Of a stretch of 64,000 bases of DNA, positions 12,109-26,962 are shown one piece after another (positions within the stretch are counted from its first letter, which is position 1; each line of letters begins with the position of its first letter). The stretch is taken from the NCBI RefSeq assembly GCF_009914755.1, contig NC_060930.1. One strand, written 5' to 3'. The translations under genes were made by a program, and so were the position numbers. Origin of the DNA: the human T2T-CHM13v2.0 reference genome, Homo sapiens. The notes beneath the pieces were generated by a model, which ran no database searches, had not been told where the DNA came from, and saw only the letters and a program-made list of their open reading frames with translations.

Positions 12109-13518
12109 CTGAAAAGAACAAAAAAGACAATCAAACAAGGACAATAATGACAAAGATATTTTCCCTTGAAAATGTTTCACATGAATGAAAAGATCCATTA
12201 ATTTAAACTGGCCTTAACAGGATGGCTAGGTAAAAGACAGAGGGTGCGTACCACTGAGAACTGTATGGCAGTTGGAAGAAATGAATTAGATGAGTACTTA
12301 ACAACATGGATGAATCTTAAGAAAACAGGGTGTAGAGTGAAAACGTCAGAAACAGAATGTTACATGGAACACAACAGCCTCAATACATTCACACACACAA
12401 ATCCACATTTTTAAAGAATATATCTGAACAAAGAAGGTCTGCCACATATTTCAGAATAGCTACCATTTTGAAAATCAAATGGGAACTTAGAGTTCAGCCA
12501 GGGTAGGGGGTGCAGGGGGGAGGAATAAAGAGGAGTCTTGTAGGAGGCAACAATAACGCTAGGCAATGACCTCATTAAGGAGTATGATTGAGTCCACACT
12601 CTGTACAGAGGTTCAACCACAACAAAATTCAAATTTGTGGGCCTAAAAATGAAGCAAAGAAAACAGATGCCAGGGCCCTGGGATCCAGATGTACTGAGTC
12701 TGCAGGCTCAGTGGCCCACAGGCTGAGAATACTGCCTGTGCCACACTGATGTGAAGGTAGAGAGAATGAATTGGGTATTTCATGAGCTAACCAGTTAGGT
12801 TTGATTTCACAAAAACCAGGTGACTGATTTTTGGCTTTGTGCATTTCCAAAACACCCAGTGCTCAATTCCAAGAACTTGAGCACAGGAGTCTGTATTAGT
12901 AATTGAGTATCTAGGTACTGTTTAAAATCCCCCAATCCAGTTAGGGTGAGAGATCCTGGAAGTCACATTGACCTAGGCTGCATTTTGAAATCATTTCTCA
13001 CTAGCCCTGCAATGTTCCCAATCTGTCTTGATTTTGCACTTTTCAATAGGTTCTTAACATACTGTAGAATAGATTCAACCACACAGACAACATGGGTTTA
13101 AGAGACACTGTGGAAAATACTTGATTATTCCACAGATTTATTCAGAGAAAATACAGACAGGAAGCATCAGGAGAAAGTACAAAGGAGGATGTCTTTTTTC
13201 TTGTCATGCCGGATGACTTTCAAGGTCTTATTTCCCTACCCTAATCTCTCTGAGGTCTCAGACCCTGGCCAGCATTTGCTTCATCAACTTTTTAAGGGAT
13301 CTGGTTATAATGCAACATGGCCTTACTAGAGTAATTTAGGGACTCTAGATAAAAATGCATTTCATAATGCAGCCATTGTAAATCTCTCTCACGTGGTACT
13401 TTGTCCTGAAATTCATGGGGTAGTGTAGAGGCCTTTCTATAGGGATGCACCTTTTGGATCACCTGGAGGGGAGATTCATTTCTCTTGTTTGAAGTTTTCT
13501 GTTTGAAAATTTAAAACA

Positions 13519-13805
13519 GACCAGGCGCAATGGCTCATGCTTGTAATCCCAGCAATTTGGGAGGCCGAGGCGGGCGGATCACTTGAGGTCAGGAATTCGA
13601 GACCAGCCTGGCCAACATGGCAAAACCCTGTCTCTACTAAAAATACAATAAATAGCCGGGCATGGTGGTGCATGCCTGTAGTCCCAGCTACTCAGGAGGC
13701 CGAGGCAGGAGAAACGCTTGAACCCAGGAGACGGAGGTTACAGTGAGCCAAGATCGCACCACTGCACTCTAGCCTGGGTGATAGAGTGAGACTCTGTCTC
13801 AAAAA

Positions 13806-13840
<35 letters not shown>

Positions 13841-13848
13841 AATAAAAC
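13519..13848 (+). mobile_element. Alu (S-type) with (AAAT)n tail
   Basis: Alu consensus; about 10 AAAT units. Confidence 0.95.
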
Positions 13849-14513
13849 AAAATCACACAATCACTAAAAGCAAGCCAAAAAACATCAACCCCAAATAAAA
13901 AGCATATACTAAAACCACAGAAACACAAAAGCAGCACACACTTCATTCCTTATCCTGACCCCGGAGAGCCTAGGTGGCCACATTTTGAGGAGGAGCACAT
14001 CTTAATACTGTCCAAACAGGAAAAAACAAGCACTGATGGGTTTTAAAAAGAAACTGAGCTCTCAGTTCATGAGATGCTCACAATAGTCTCCATATATTAA
14101 AGCATTTTAGTGTCTGGGTTAAGGAGGATTTTAAGATCTAGAGCTGGAGTTAAGGTGTACTATATCCATGCGGGCCAAGCCAAAATCAAACGCAAATGCC
14201 AGGTGTTTCACCACAATTACTCTATAGTTTTATTTATTACAGCAAAAATTGCTTCTACCACTACTGTAATCAATTTCAGAAGTTTCACTTACTTGAGGTC
14301 AAATAACTTCATTATGTCCCCCACAAATTCATGCAGATACAATTTTGGAGAGGATTTCTCTCCAGCTCTAGATATAGGCCTGTAGGAGCCAGGTCATTCT
14401 GTATTTCCCTTACAAAGAGTTCTTGTAGGTCCCAGAAGTACCTGGATGCTTCATGAAATTTTAATTGGACATTTCTTAAAATATCAATTCATTAAATCGT
14501 GTGTGCTTATTTA

Positions 14514-15098
<585 letters not shown>

Positions 15099-15223
15099 TC
15101 ACTCATTTTTGTTAGATCCCTTTTCTGCTGCTGTGTAAGAGCAGCTCGAACTAGAGGTGCCATCTGCACGGTCGTTCACGCGGTGGCTCTCTGTCCGCCA
15201 TGGGAAAGGCAAGGGGCAGCTAC

Positions 15224-15435
15224 CTTGAGCTTTTTGATCTGGAGCTCGATGGTCTGGATGTCAGTGCTGAGTTCCAGACGCTGGAGCTGTTCCAACTCCT
15301 CCTCCGTGTCCCCCAGCCAGGCCCAGATGCTGTTCAAGTCTGAGTTAAACTGCTGCCACTTCTGGAGGTTCTGCTTCATCCTCAACTCCTTGCTCAATGC
15401 CTGGGCCTGGAGAAGCTCCCATCGGTCAATCACAC
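15224..15435 (-). CDS. SYNE1: SYNE1 exon ~140, 212 nt, (G)VIDRWELLQ...IKKLK
   Basis: Acceptor cttgccAG, donor GTAGCT, phase 1-0. Confidence 0.96.
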
Positions 15436-15825
15436 CTGGCAAGACATGCATAGAACAGTGAGGTTATTTTCCTCTACATGTGATGTTTATGAAATGCTTT
15501 AAACATAGGTTGGCAGCCAATTTTAAATAGCAACAGAAAGAAAAGTAATTCCACTGGGCATTTTCGTTGTTGTCATCTGGAAATAACAGTTACATGGGTA
15601 CAATGGCTGTGTTTTTTCTATTTGTATTTCTAATAATAATGAAGCAAAAAAGTTAGTTACATGGGCATTCACACTGTAAAGAGCTTTACGAAGTAATAAG
15701 CAGTCATGAGCACGAACGATCGTTCAATTCTTGGATCCTGTCTACAATAGGGCTCTGAGCACACACATATAAAATGCCTGATTAGATATGTGAGAAACAG
15801 TGCATTAAAATAATTGGAACATGAG

Positions 15826-15961
15826 AGCTGGGGTGGTAGTGCGCGCCTGTAATCCCAGCTACTCGAGGGGAGGCGGGAGGATTACTTGAGCCCAGGAGTT
15901 GGAGTCTAGTTTGGGCAACACAGCGAGACTTCATCTCAATATTAAAAATAATAATAATAAA
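15826..15961 (+). mobile_element. Free Alu monomer (FLAM-like)
   Basis: Single arm with an A-rich tail. Confidence 0.8.
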
Positions 15962-16025
15962 TGAAACATGGGCAAACACTACCATGATGGCATGCATCAT
16001 CCCCTCACTGTCAAAGGAGACTGTT

Positions 16026-16437
<412 letters not shown>

Positions 16438-16476
16438 CTATTTCATTCACTCTTGAACTGGATGCTACGCACTCAC

Positions 16477-16603
16477 CAGCCGTTTGGGTTTCGGTACTAT
16501 GCAGGTTAACAAAGCCAGGAAGGCTCTCCTCTTCCTCCTTCAGTTTGTGCTCCAGTCTCTTCACGGAGTCTATACTGCTACTGCATTCGCCCAGCAGTTT
16601 CAT
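16477..16603 (-). CDS. SYNE1: SYNE1 exon ~139, 127 nt, MKLLGECSSS...TETQTA
   Basis: Acceptor ctaaacAG, donor GTGAGT, phase 0-1. Confidence 0.95.
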
Positions 16604-16748
16604 CTGTTTAGACATAAACAACCGGCCCCTGTCACCCAAATCTTCATGAGTGCAAAAGCTTCCGGGGAAAATCTCTTTGTAATTTCTCAGCAAGAGAAGT
16701 GTCTGTGTTTGGCTCCTCTGTGCCACCCTGCTAAAAATAAGCCAAGAT

Positions 16749-17050
16749 GGCCGAGTGTGGTGTCTCAGGCCTGTGATCCCAGCACTTTGGGAGGCCGAGG
16801 AAGATGGATTGTTTGAACTCAGGAGTTTGAGACCAGGCTGGGGAACATGGCAAAACTCTGTCTCTACAAAATATACAAGAAATTTAGCTGGGCATGGTGG
16901 CATGCATCTGTAGTCTCAGCTACCTGGGAGGCTGAGGTGGATCACCTGAGCTCAGAGGGTGGAGGCTACAGTGAACCATAATTGTGTTACTGCACTCCAG
17001 CCTATGCGACAGAGTGAGACCCAGTCTCAAAAAAAAGAAAAAAGAAAAAA
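16749..17050 (+). mobile_element. Old Alu (J-type)
   Basis: Diverged dimeric Alu. Confidence 0.9.
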
Positions 17051-17062
17051 TAAGCAGAGGTA

Positions 17063-17362
17063 GGCTGGGCACGGTGGCTCCTGCCTCTAATCCCAGCACT
17101 TTGGGGGCCGAGGTGGGAGGATCAGTTGAGCCTAGGAGTTTGAGACCAGCCTGGGCAACATAGCAAGACCCTGTCTCTATAAAATATTTTAAAAATGAGC
17201 CAGGCGTGGTGGTGAGCACCTGTAGTCTCAGCTGTTCAGGGCACTAAGGTGAGAAGGTTGCTTGAGCCCAGGAATTCAGCTGCATGCAGCGAGCTAAGAC
17301 CATGACACCGCACTCAAGCCTGGGTGACAGAGTGTGAGACCCTGTCTCTTAAAAAAAAAAAA
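17063..17362 (+). mobile_element. Old Alu (J-type), tandem to the previous one
   Basis: Diverged dimeric Alu. Confidence 0.9.
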
Positions 17363-18896
17363 TTAAATAAGCAAAGTTCAAAAACATGCCTTTTAAACAG
17401 GTGATACATTCACATATACAAAAAACAATGCCTTAAAGATATACTTTGCATACATGATTTTGCACGAGAAGTCCTTCAAGTTTCTTTACGATTCATGACT
17501 CAAAACAGATTAAACCAATCTGCAATTTAAAACTCGGAGCCCTCAGCTGGCAATGCAGTATATAATTTTTGGCAAGCTGCTCCCTCTTTCTCTTTCTTAA
17601 ATTGAAATGTGGGAACGTTAATGTTACGACAAATCTCATGGGAACTTTCTTGCATTAAATAATTAAAATACTTAAAATTATAGAGCAATATTAAAGCCAG
17701 CTGTTTTATAAAAAAAATGTAAGCAATGTTTAATAGGCATCAAGGGACTAAATTCTAAAGTCAAAGAAAAGCTTCCAAATTCATTTTTAATATCACATAC
17801 AGTATTCAAAGATTAAAAGAACAAATCATTTCAAGATACTCCTGCTGTGCTTACCATAAATCCTTTAACAAATCACAATGCCAGTAGGACTGTTATTCTG
17901 ATTACTTTTGATTGAGGTTAAGTGTAATCCCAGTGATGTCAGTATGATTACCATAAAACTATATCATAGGTATTTTTAAAAAGTGGTTTCACTATAATAG
18001 AAGTTGGTATAATAGGCCAAACTGAACAGGAAACAAACTCATAATTGACCGCTCTTCTGTAATTATAAGGATAATAAAATCAACATATATAGCTAGAACA
18101 GTTTTCTTTCCTAATTTCAAAGAGTAGAACATGTGAGTTGTGACCAGACTTGGGGAAATTCATTTTTCTTTCCTTGTACTAACCAGTCTTTTGGATATGA
18201 AAGAAGACGTGAGGCAGAGAAGAGACTGGCTTTAAAATTCTCTTCCTTAAGTACGCGTAGGAAAGCAGGTAGTTCTCTAGGGAAAATTAACTGGTCAGTA
18301 ACTCGAGTAGGGCAAATAACCCTCTGCTAGACTTTATCATACATAGCCAATAGCCGCATAGATAGAACTGGTAGTATATCCAATGCCTTGCTATCTTTTC
18401 CCCAAATCCCTCTTGCTAGAACTGTTTTCTTCAGAATGAGCACACTAAAAAACAGAAGAGAAAAACATTCCCAAGGTCATTCGGTGAACCCAGGAAAAGA
18501 ACTACCAAAAAAACTGCATGTTAGTAATCTATTAGCTAAAATCTGCTGCTCCAAGGATAACCTTGGTCCAAAAATTATTAGTTGAATTTGGAAAAATGCC
18601 TAATGACTTTTGGGAGCCAAAGTATTTTGTTGCTCTCAATGAAAAGGATCTCCCTAAGTGCTCAGTGTAAAGGAACAGGTTTGTCATTACAACAGTTTTG
18701 TGGGCCTAAAAACAGACAAGTTCTACTCAAATGGTAACTTAATAACAGGGCTTGGCTTTGCACATCCAGGTTCACGAGTTCAAGGGCAGCATGGTATTCA
18801 GAGACCACATAAAGCCCTGATGCTGCAGACGAACTGTTCTTTGACACAGAACTGTGGTTTCGCACAGGTCGGAATCAGGATGGCCAGGATACTTAC

Positions 18897-19039
18897 GTAG
18901 CCTTTGTAGCTGGTGTCTAGCTCCGGCCCCGTGGGAGTTTTGCTGCGAATGATATTTTCGGTTTGCTGTATCTGAAAACGGCTATCATCCAGGGCTTTGC
19001 CCAGTTGTCGGATCTGTGACTCTAGGGCACTGTGGTCCC
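18897..19039 (-). CDS. SYNE1: SYNE1 exon ~138, 143 nt, (G)DHSALESQIR...SYKGY
   Basis: Acceptor ccaccgcAG, donor GTAAGT, phase 1-0. Confidence 0.95.
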
Positions 19040-19755
19040 CTGCGGTGGCAACCATAAGAATCTTTACTGGACAAACTATTTGACTTATTTAAAGCTTGAT
19101 ATTCAAGGAGAAGTTTCAGAAATGATTTCAGTTACAGCAGCATAGAAATGGCAGGTGTGGGTAATTACAAAGCAAATTTAGTACCATCGTGCCGGTGGGT
19201 TAGACATTAAAATGGCCAAACCAATGAAGGTGCTTGACTGAGAGCCCTAGCAGATCGGACGTCGCAAAACGGCTCTCCAGTCCGTTTTGAACAGCTTCGT
19301 GCACCTGACCCTCTTCCAGCTGAACCCCTGATCATCTGAATGTTGTCAGTGTGGAAGGCCTTTCTAAAAATCTGCAATGGTGTCTACTGCATCTCAGTAA
19401 GGAGAAAGCTGTTCTTTTTCTCATGTTCTTTCTGCTATCGCTTAGTGAGCAGGGGAAGATCCTCCCTCTGATTTTTCTTCATGCACCTCAGGGGAAGATA
19501 GTGTCACGGAAGGCTCAGGTTGCTGCATCATTTACTGAAGGCATAAATTCATTAATCAAGAAAAGAGTGCCTCAGAATAGATATATACAGAGATATCAAA
19601 CTAGCAACGACTTGCTTTTTATCTAAGATCTGAAACAAAACCAGGAGAAAGCTAAGATTTTAACATTTCCATCTAGGCAGGTTCTTACTCATAGCCTAGA
19701 ATTCTGGCTCATTCTCCTCTCAAAGTTGTAACATTTCTTTGTAAAATTACTGAGA

Positions 19756-19779
19756 GTGTGTGTGTGTGTGTGTGTGTGT
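19756..19779. repeat. (TG)n microsatellite
   Basis: About 12 units. Confidence 0.95.
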
Positions 19780-20758
19780 CAAAGTCTTCGAACTACACAG
19801 GAACATTTGATCATCAGTGAAGCTAGCATGGGGTGAAAGCAGAACAAATATTAGTAAGCTTTATTAAATGTTTTTATTTGTTTCTAAAAAAGGCCTTCTA
19901 GATACACCTAGGAGAGGTCCCTCCCTGGGAATCACCCTCTCAGTAATGTTACTTTGCTTTCTGTCCTTTTGATTTTCTTCAAAAACTGAAGCGTAAACTA
20001 GTAACTCCGTGATTCAATATCATATCACTGCGTTCAAACTCTATTCCCCGCCGACATCCCACATCACTGATCCTGAACTCCTGCACTACAGTTTGTCTAA
20101 CACAACACTAAGCAAAACTAGTTCCATTTTTCTTTCTTTAATTCTTCTTGTTTCAGGAATAGTTCTGTTCTTATCTATGGCTCAGCATACCGTGAAATAC
20201 ATTTTTCATTTCAAATTATCTTTTACGACCTCTTAAATTAAAATTACATATATTTTTTAGAGCTGAAATCTGATCTCACCCCTTGTCTCATACGGGATTC
20301 TTGAGATGAGGAGGATAAAGTGGTGGATGGGCCAAAGGTCACTCATGCAGGCTGGCGGACTTGGGACCAGAGCCTGCACCCTGAGTCTCCAGCCACAGGT
20401 AGGTCTGCATGCAGTGAAGCTGAAATTACCACACCACGTAGAACACTAGGGCGCAGAGGCTGATGACTGGGTTTTCCTTCTCATATTTTCTGCAGTTAAT
20501 GGACATGAGAGGTCTATACCTAATGAGACCAATCACCATTTAACAAGTTGAGAAGTTACTTTATTTCGCTCAATTAGTGAAATCTTATTCTTGGTGTGGA
20601 TTTAACCAGCTGTTTTTTCTAGTACAGCAGTAAGAGAGGAAGGCTGTGCCTTAACATGCTAGAGCCACAAAGCTGGGAGAGAGACAGCAGATGTGCTAAG
20701 AGAGGAGGATTGCTATACAGGGGAGGGAGGGAGGCTGGCTCCGGCTTGTTGTGCCTAC

Positions 20759-20827
20759 CGGAGGTATTTTTGATTGCATTTTCTGTGAGTTTTACATAGG
20801 CCTCAGGGCTTTCGGGGATCATTACAT
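20759..20827 (-). CDS. SYNE1: SYNE1 alternatively spliced DV23 cassette exon, 69 nt, DVMIPESPEAYVKLTENAIKNTS
   Basis: Acceptor tttttttgcAG, donor GTAGGC, symmetric phase 1-1; 23 aa beginning DV. Confidence 0.93.
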
Positions 20828-20929
20828 CTGCAAAAAAAGCACAGTCTAAGTTGACAGCTAAGTTCTGGAAACCCTGAATCCCTTGTGCAGGAAAATAACT
20901 TTCCTAGGGGAAAAAAAGGAAGTCAGTTA

Positions 20930-21394
<465 letters not shown>

Positions 21395-21525
21395 CTATAG
21401 GGTACCTGGGAATGTTATTCCCATTTTATAGATGAGAAAACTGAGGCACAGAGGAATTAGGTTCCTTATCTAAGTTTAAACAGAAAGTACATGGCAGAAC
21501 TGAGATTTCAGCCCAGACTCCAGAG

Positions 21526-21812
21526 CAGCGCTGTCCCATATATTTCTATGTGAACTATATATGTAATCTTAAAGGTTTCATAGCCACATTAGAAATGTAA
21601 AAAGAAACTTATAAAATTAATTTTAACACTACATTAGACAGGGATTATAACATGTAATCAATATAATTATTAATATTTTATTTTCTTTCTTGTACTAAGT
21701 CTTTGAAATTCATGTAAGCATGTTTTCCACGCACAACCCATCTCAATTTGCACAGTCCCATCTCAGAGCTCAACAGTCCCAACTGGCCAGTGGCTGGTTT
21801 TGGACAGCTCTG
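21526..21812. mobile_element. hAT-Charlie fossil, MER33-like
   Basis: Terminal inverted repeats cagcgctgtcc...ggacagctctg around an AT-rich interior. Confidence 0.7.
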
Positions 21813-23316
21813 CTTCAGATGCCATATGCCTGACTAATAGGCCTTACTGTAAAGACAAAATAGAAATGAGAGAAATCATTTTCTTTTTAGAACAGTGTCA
21901 TCCCTTGGGAATCTGATGTGAACCACCAGAACCAAACAGAAATTCCCCAGATGTCCTTTGACAGAATGTATGAGATACATTTCCAAGTGCCACAAATCAG
22001 CCTCCAACTCTTTATTCTATTTTTATTCACCTTCCTTACAGAGTTTCTGTTTCTCTGTCCATCCCTTCACTGCATGTGTGGCTTGGGTGGTGGTCCTTCT
22101 TGTTTTCCTTCACACACTCTTCCTGTGGGAGCTCCTCCGTTCACTCCAGGACCATTGCCATTTACATGTGAATACCTACCCAATCTGCATTTCTGGCTTC
22201 TGCACTTCACACCGTGCATCTACGACTGGACTTTTGCATTTGGATATTCTGCAGGTATCTCAAGATCAGGATGCACACAAGCAAACTCATCCCCTCCCTG
22301 CTCTCACAGCCCCACCTCCCTTGCCCACCTGCACCCACAGTGCTCCTTCCCTCTTGTGGTCCTCAGGGCCTAGGACCACCTGCATCTTTCACCAAGATGC
22401 CCAGCCCAGAAAATCGCCTCCATCCCAGTTCAATGGACTGAGAGTTCTGGAGGAGTCTTCTCTGTGTGATTTCTCACATCATTCCCATTCTCCCCATTCC
22501 CAATTCTGCTTCCCCTAGTTCAGGCCACCACCCTACTTCTGTCTGAGGTTGTAAAAGGTTTCATTTGGACTCTCTCCGCTGAATATGCCCTTCTCCCTGT
22601 GGTATCCAGAAAGATACAATATGAAAATCTGCACATCCCTGAGGAGGGAGGATCCCAGCACCTCCCTCCGCAGATCCTGCTGTGGCTCCACGACCTTCAG
22701 GATAGGAGCCACAGCTCTTTTCCATGGTGAACAGGCTGCTTCACAGCCAGGCTCTTCTCCACTTTGTCCATTCCATGCCTGTCATTCCAGACAAACTGCC
22801 AATGATCAAAAGCACCAGGCCAATCACAAAGCAGGGAGGCTTCCCCTCCTTTCTTCCTCTAAGCACTTCCGAGCCCACCTGACCAACTGCGATTCACCCT
22901 CTGGACTCTGCTCCATGGTTTCTTTCCCGAAGTCTCTCCCAGGACTCCGGCTTTGTCGCCCCTGCTTGTGTGTCCTGCCACCACACTGCCATCTGAGCCC
23001 CAAACACTTCATACAGTGGTTTCTCACTGTGTCCCACACTAGAGTGGAAGCTCTGGGAGAAGAAGAGGAACTGTGTATCCCTAGAACCTGGCAAAGCGCT
23101 TGTCACCTACTACCACAAATCTACGTGGAATAAATCAACGGCCACACCAAATTTTGCATTTTATAATCACATTCATATCTAAGTGTTCACTTAGGTACAA
23201 TTTCCCCGCATGAAAGAAGGAAGCAAATGATTCTGGATAGCTGTCATGTTTCCAGGGCAATATTAATTCCCTCTGACTTTCCTTTAAGCTGGCAAACTGG
23301 AGAGGCTCTTTCCTAC

Positions 23317-23650
23317 CTGATAAGCCAACAGCTCCCCGGAGGTAGAAATCTTTGTCATCCTGACCTTCTTCATCCTCAGAGGGCAGAGCTCTGGACATTG
23401 CAGACTCCAGGTCCCGACTGAGGTCATAGTCGTGATCCCACTCCAGGGGGATGGAGTCCACACTAGCCGGGGTGTCTCGTCCTGACCGCTCGCTCCGGAG
23501 GGGCTGAGCGAGCGAGAGGGAGAGATTGGAGGAAGGCTGTGGAGAAAGCAGGCTGTCTGCAGAGCGGTCGTGCCAGTGCAGGTCCGACAGAGCTGCAGAG
23601 TCTTCCAGCTCCAGCTCCCTGTCTGAGAGGTCGTGCTCATCGTCTGGGAG
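23317..23650 (-). CDS. SYNE1: SYNE1 exon ~137, 334 nt, adaptive domain with the LEWD kinesin-light-chain binding motif (23435-23446)
   Basis: Acceptor cccttctAG, donor GTAGGA, phase 0-1; LPDDEHDLSD...SVDSIPLEWDHDYD...GAVGLS. Confidence 0.96.
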
Positions 23651-24748
23651 CTAGAAGGGAAGTCAAGGCAACCCTGTCACTGTAGTGGTCAGACTAGCTT
23701 CTTATCTGGGCCACCTGCCTACCATGTGGGGACAATTTTTAACTTCTTATGAGCAAATAAATAAGAATCTTCTGATCACAGAAATACAGGGGACAGTGCT
23801 GCTCTAGAGTTTGACTGTCTGGGTTGAAATCTCAGTTACGCTGTGTGCTTCCTGTTTAAGCTTGGATAAGGAACTTAATTCCTCTGGGCCTCAGTTTTCT
23901 CATCTATAAAATGGGAATAACAGTCCCAGGCATCCCACAGGGTTTTTTTTTTTTGAGTGGGAAAAAATTAAAAAGTCTTATAAATTATCCTACATAAGCC
24001 TCAGTTTCATTGTTGGTAAAATGGGAATAACATTAAAACATACTTCAAATAATTAATATAAGATTAAATAAATATTATAAAGAAAGGCAATCTACTACCA
24101 TGCCCACCACACAACACCTACACACTGGCAAGGATCGGAAATAAGAGCAAATTACTAAGACCTTAGCTTGTCCTTATAGCCCAGATATAAAATAGGTTTG
24201 ATCGTAGAAGATTCCAAATACTCTAATAACATCTCTATAAGTAAGATGTGATTATGGTAGCAATTAGGAAAATGGAAGAATGAAAATTCACCTAAACCTA
24301 ACCTCATCAATTAAGAAGCTGTTCACTTTGCTTCCTTTTATTGTATTTCTTCTAGAGGCTTCTCTTATTTCTTCTAGAGGCTTCTCTAGAGCAGTGCTGC
24401 CCCATGTTTCTGCGATCAAAAGATTCTTATTTATCTTCCATAGAAGATATGAGCCAAATGTTCTTCTAAACTCTTTGTATACATTAACTCATCTAATGCT
24501 CAAAACAATCCTTTGTACAGGGTAGTTACTGCTACTAAACCACTTTCACTTTTGAGGAAGCTGAGGCAAGAAGGGTGAAGTGAGTAGCTTGCCGAAGGTG
24601 ACAGCGACAATGTAGGACAAAGCTAGGACTTGAACTCAGGTGCTCCAGCTCCAGAGTCTGAGCTCTCACCCACTATCAATACAACCCAATCCCACACGAC
24701 TTATTCTCTTTAGATTTAATGACAACTAAGAAAATCAATGTTACATAC

Positions 24749-24940
24749 AGGCAGGCGGATCAGTTTCTTATGGTATCTTTCCACACGCCCGAAGACCTCC
24801 TGGCAGTACCGTCGGAGCTCATCTAGTTCCTCCTCGATGATCGCTGCATCCAAGGGCTCACTCTTTTCTATCAGCTGTTCTCCTTGGGCAATTATCTGCT
24901 CAATCTTATTGTGGTTCAGTGAAATTTCCTGCTGGAAGGC
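24749..24940 (-). CDS. SYNE1: SYNE1 exon ~136, 192 nt, AFQQEISLNH...KLIRLP
   Basis: Acceptor ctccctAG, donor GTATGT, phase 0-0. Confidence 0.95.
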
Positions 24941-26201
24941 CTAGGGAGTACAAATCTCATGTGATTTTGCTATTGTTGTTGCTTACATTGATATAAAAGA
25001 ATCATAATAGATGTATTTCTCATTACATTAAAAAAGACATGTAGGGGCTATTTAATTGACCATATACAATCACAAGACAAGAGTCTATTACCTTCTAAAG
25101 TAAAACATATGCATTTTCAGCCAGAACAGGAGTCATAAATAGAAACATTCGAATTCCATGATCAGAAAAGCGCTTTTGGCTAATAAAATTTACCATCACA
25201 GGTAGTGTGGGTAGAGAATAACAGGGGAAAATATTCAAACCCACCGTAAGTTGACAGCACTGGTTATCCCTAATGAAAGCAATGGCAGTCAATATACTGT
25301 CACTGAAATAAATGTAGCATTTTAAAGAAATATCCCGATCATTTTAATTTCAGATATCCTCATCCTATGTCAAACATGACTAAGAGAAGCCATCCAATGC
25401 CACGCCTTCTTCTCAGGTGATTCTTTTATTATTTCAGAACATAGGCAGGTAAAGTTATGATTTGAAAAACAAGGAATTCCAGGAGGATTATTTAGACTCA
25501 TTCTATGTGTTGCAAAAGATTTAAATCACTGGGTATGTTTCAGTGTTCACTTTTAATTCAATACAATAATAAATTGTGGAAGAGCTGAATTGTCCAATGG
25601 TGAAAAAGACTCCCAGGAGAGAAGAGAGGGTAGTAATAATTTCCATCATCCTGCCAGGGTCCCAAGGGACAAGATTCAATTACACTTGGCAGAAACTTTC
25701 TGTGGAAGGATGTAAATGTTGATTCGCCTGTGAGATGACAGGAGAGAGGAATCAGGGGAGAGGGTGAGGCAGAATAGCAGGGTTTACTGTTTCTTCCATC
25801 CTGAGAATCCATGTCTACGGGCAAGTTCCTTGTTTTATCATAACAACCCAAAGGTTATGGGCGTCATGACCATTCTTTAAAAAAATCCATCTATCTTGGG
25901 AGGAAAATTTCATAAGCTTCCTTGGAAAACACTCAATTTGTTAAATACTCCCACTTTTAGGAAATCCTTACATCTAATGTATATCCCTCCTATTCGAATT
26001 TCTAGCTAGCCACTGTGTTTGAATTATATAGTGAAAAATACAAAATGTGTTTAAAATTAACTTGGCATCTAAGAATGCAGACTATGAGGAATGAAATCCC
26101 GACATAGGAAAGTTGTATTGCTTTGCAACATGGAGGTTAAAGGAACCATGTGAAGGTGCTACAAACACATTAGAAAAAATAAACGAAAACAACAACAACA
26201 A

Positions 26202-26561
<360 letters not shown>

Positions 26562-26824
26562 TCAATCAAGCTGTTGAAAAATATCAACAACAATATCGAT
26601 ATCAAATAAGATAAGAGCACTACCCAGATATAAGCAATAGTGGTTATTTCTGGGTAGTGCTCTTTATCTGATTTTTTATATATTTTACATTTTCTGAATT
26701 TTTTTGCAGTCCAGAACTAATTTTTCAAAAGAAAAGTTATTTGCTATGTTCTTCACAAAAGAGCCACAAATCCTTTCATTTTCAGGCTTTCTTCACTTTG
26801 GTAACTTGAAAAATAATCTATTAC

Positions 26825-26962
26825 CTTGAGTTGCTTTATTTTAGCTTGAACATCACACTCAGAAAAATGTTCAATATTAGTGAGCTGCAGATCCATCTCT
26901 GTGAGCCAGACCAGAATGCTGTCCCGCGCAGTCTCAAACTCCTCACGCTGGCCAATAAAATG
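26825..26962 (-). CDS. SYNE1: SYNE1 exon ~135, 138 nt, HFIGQREEFE...KIKQLK
   Basis: Acceptor ccttccAG, donor GTAATA, phase 0-0. Confidence 0.96.

Noticed and set aside
15155-15171. CTCF-like motif ccgtgcagatggcacc on - (and a weaker one near 7050)
   Set aside because: 2-3 mismatches to the core; not supportable without ChIP data.
21918-23133. Overlapping long + strand ORFs (151, 186 and 182 aa)
   Set aside because: CT-rich intronic sequence, probably old L2-like material; no recognisable homology or gene structure.
24346-24390. 19-bp direct repeat tttcttctagaggcttctc
   Set aside because: Ordinary slippage duplication at a repeat edge.
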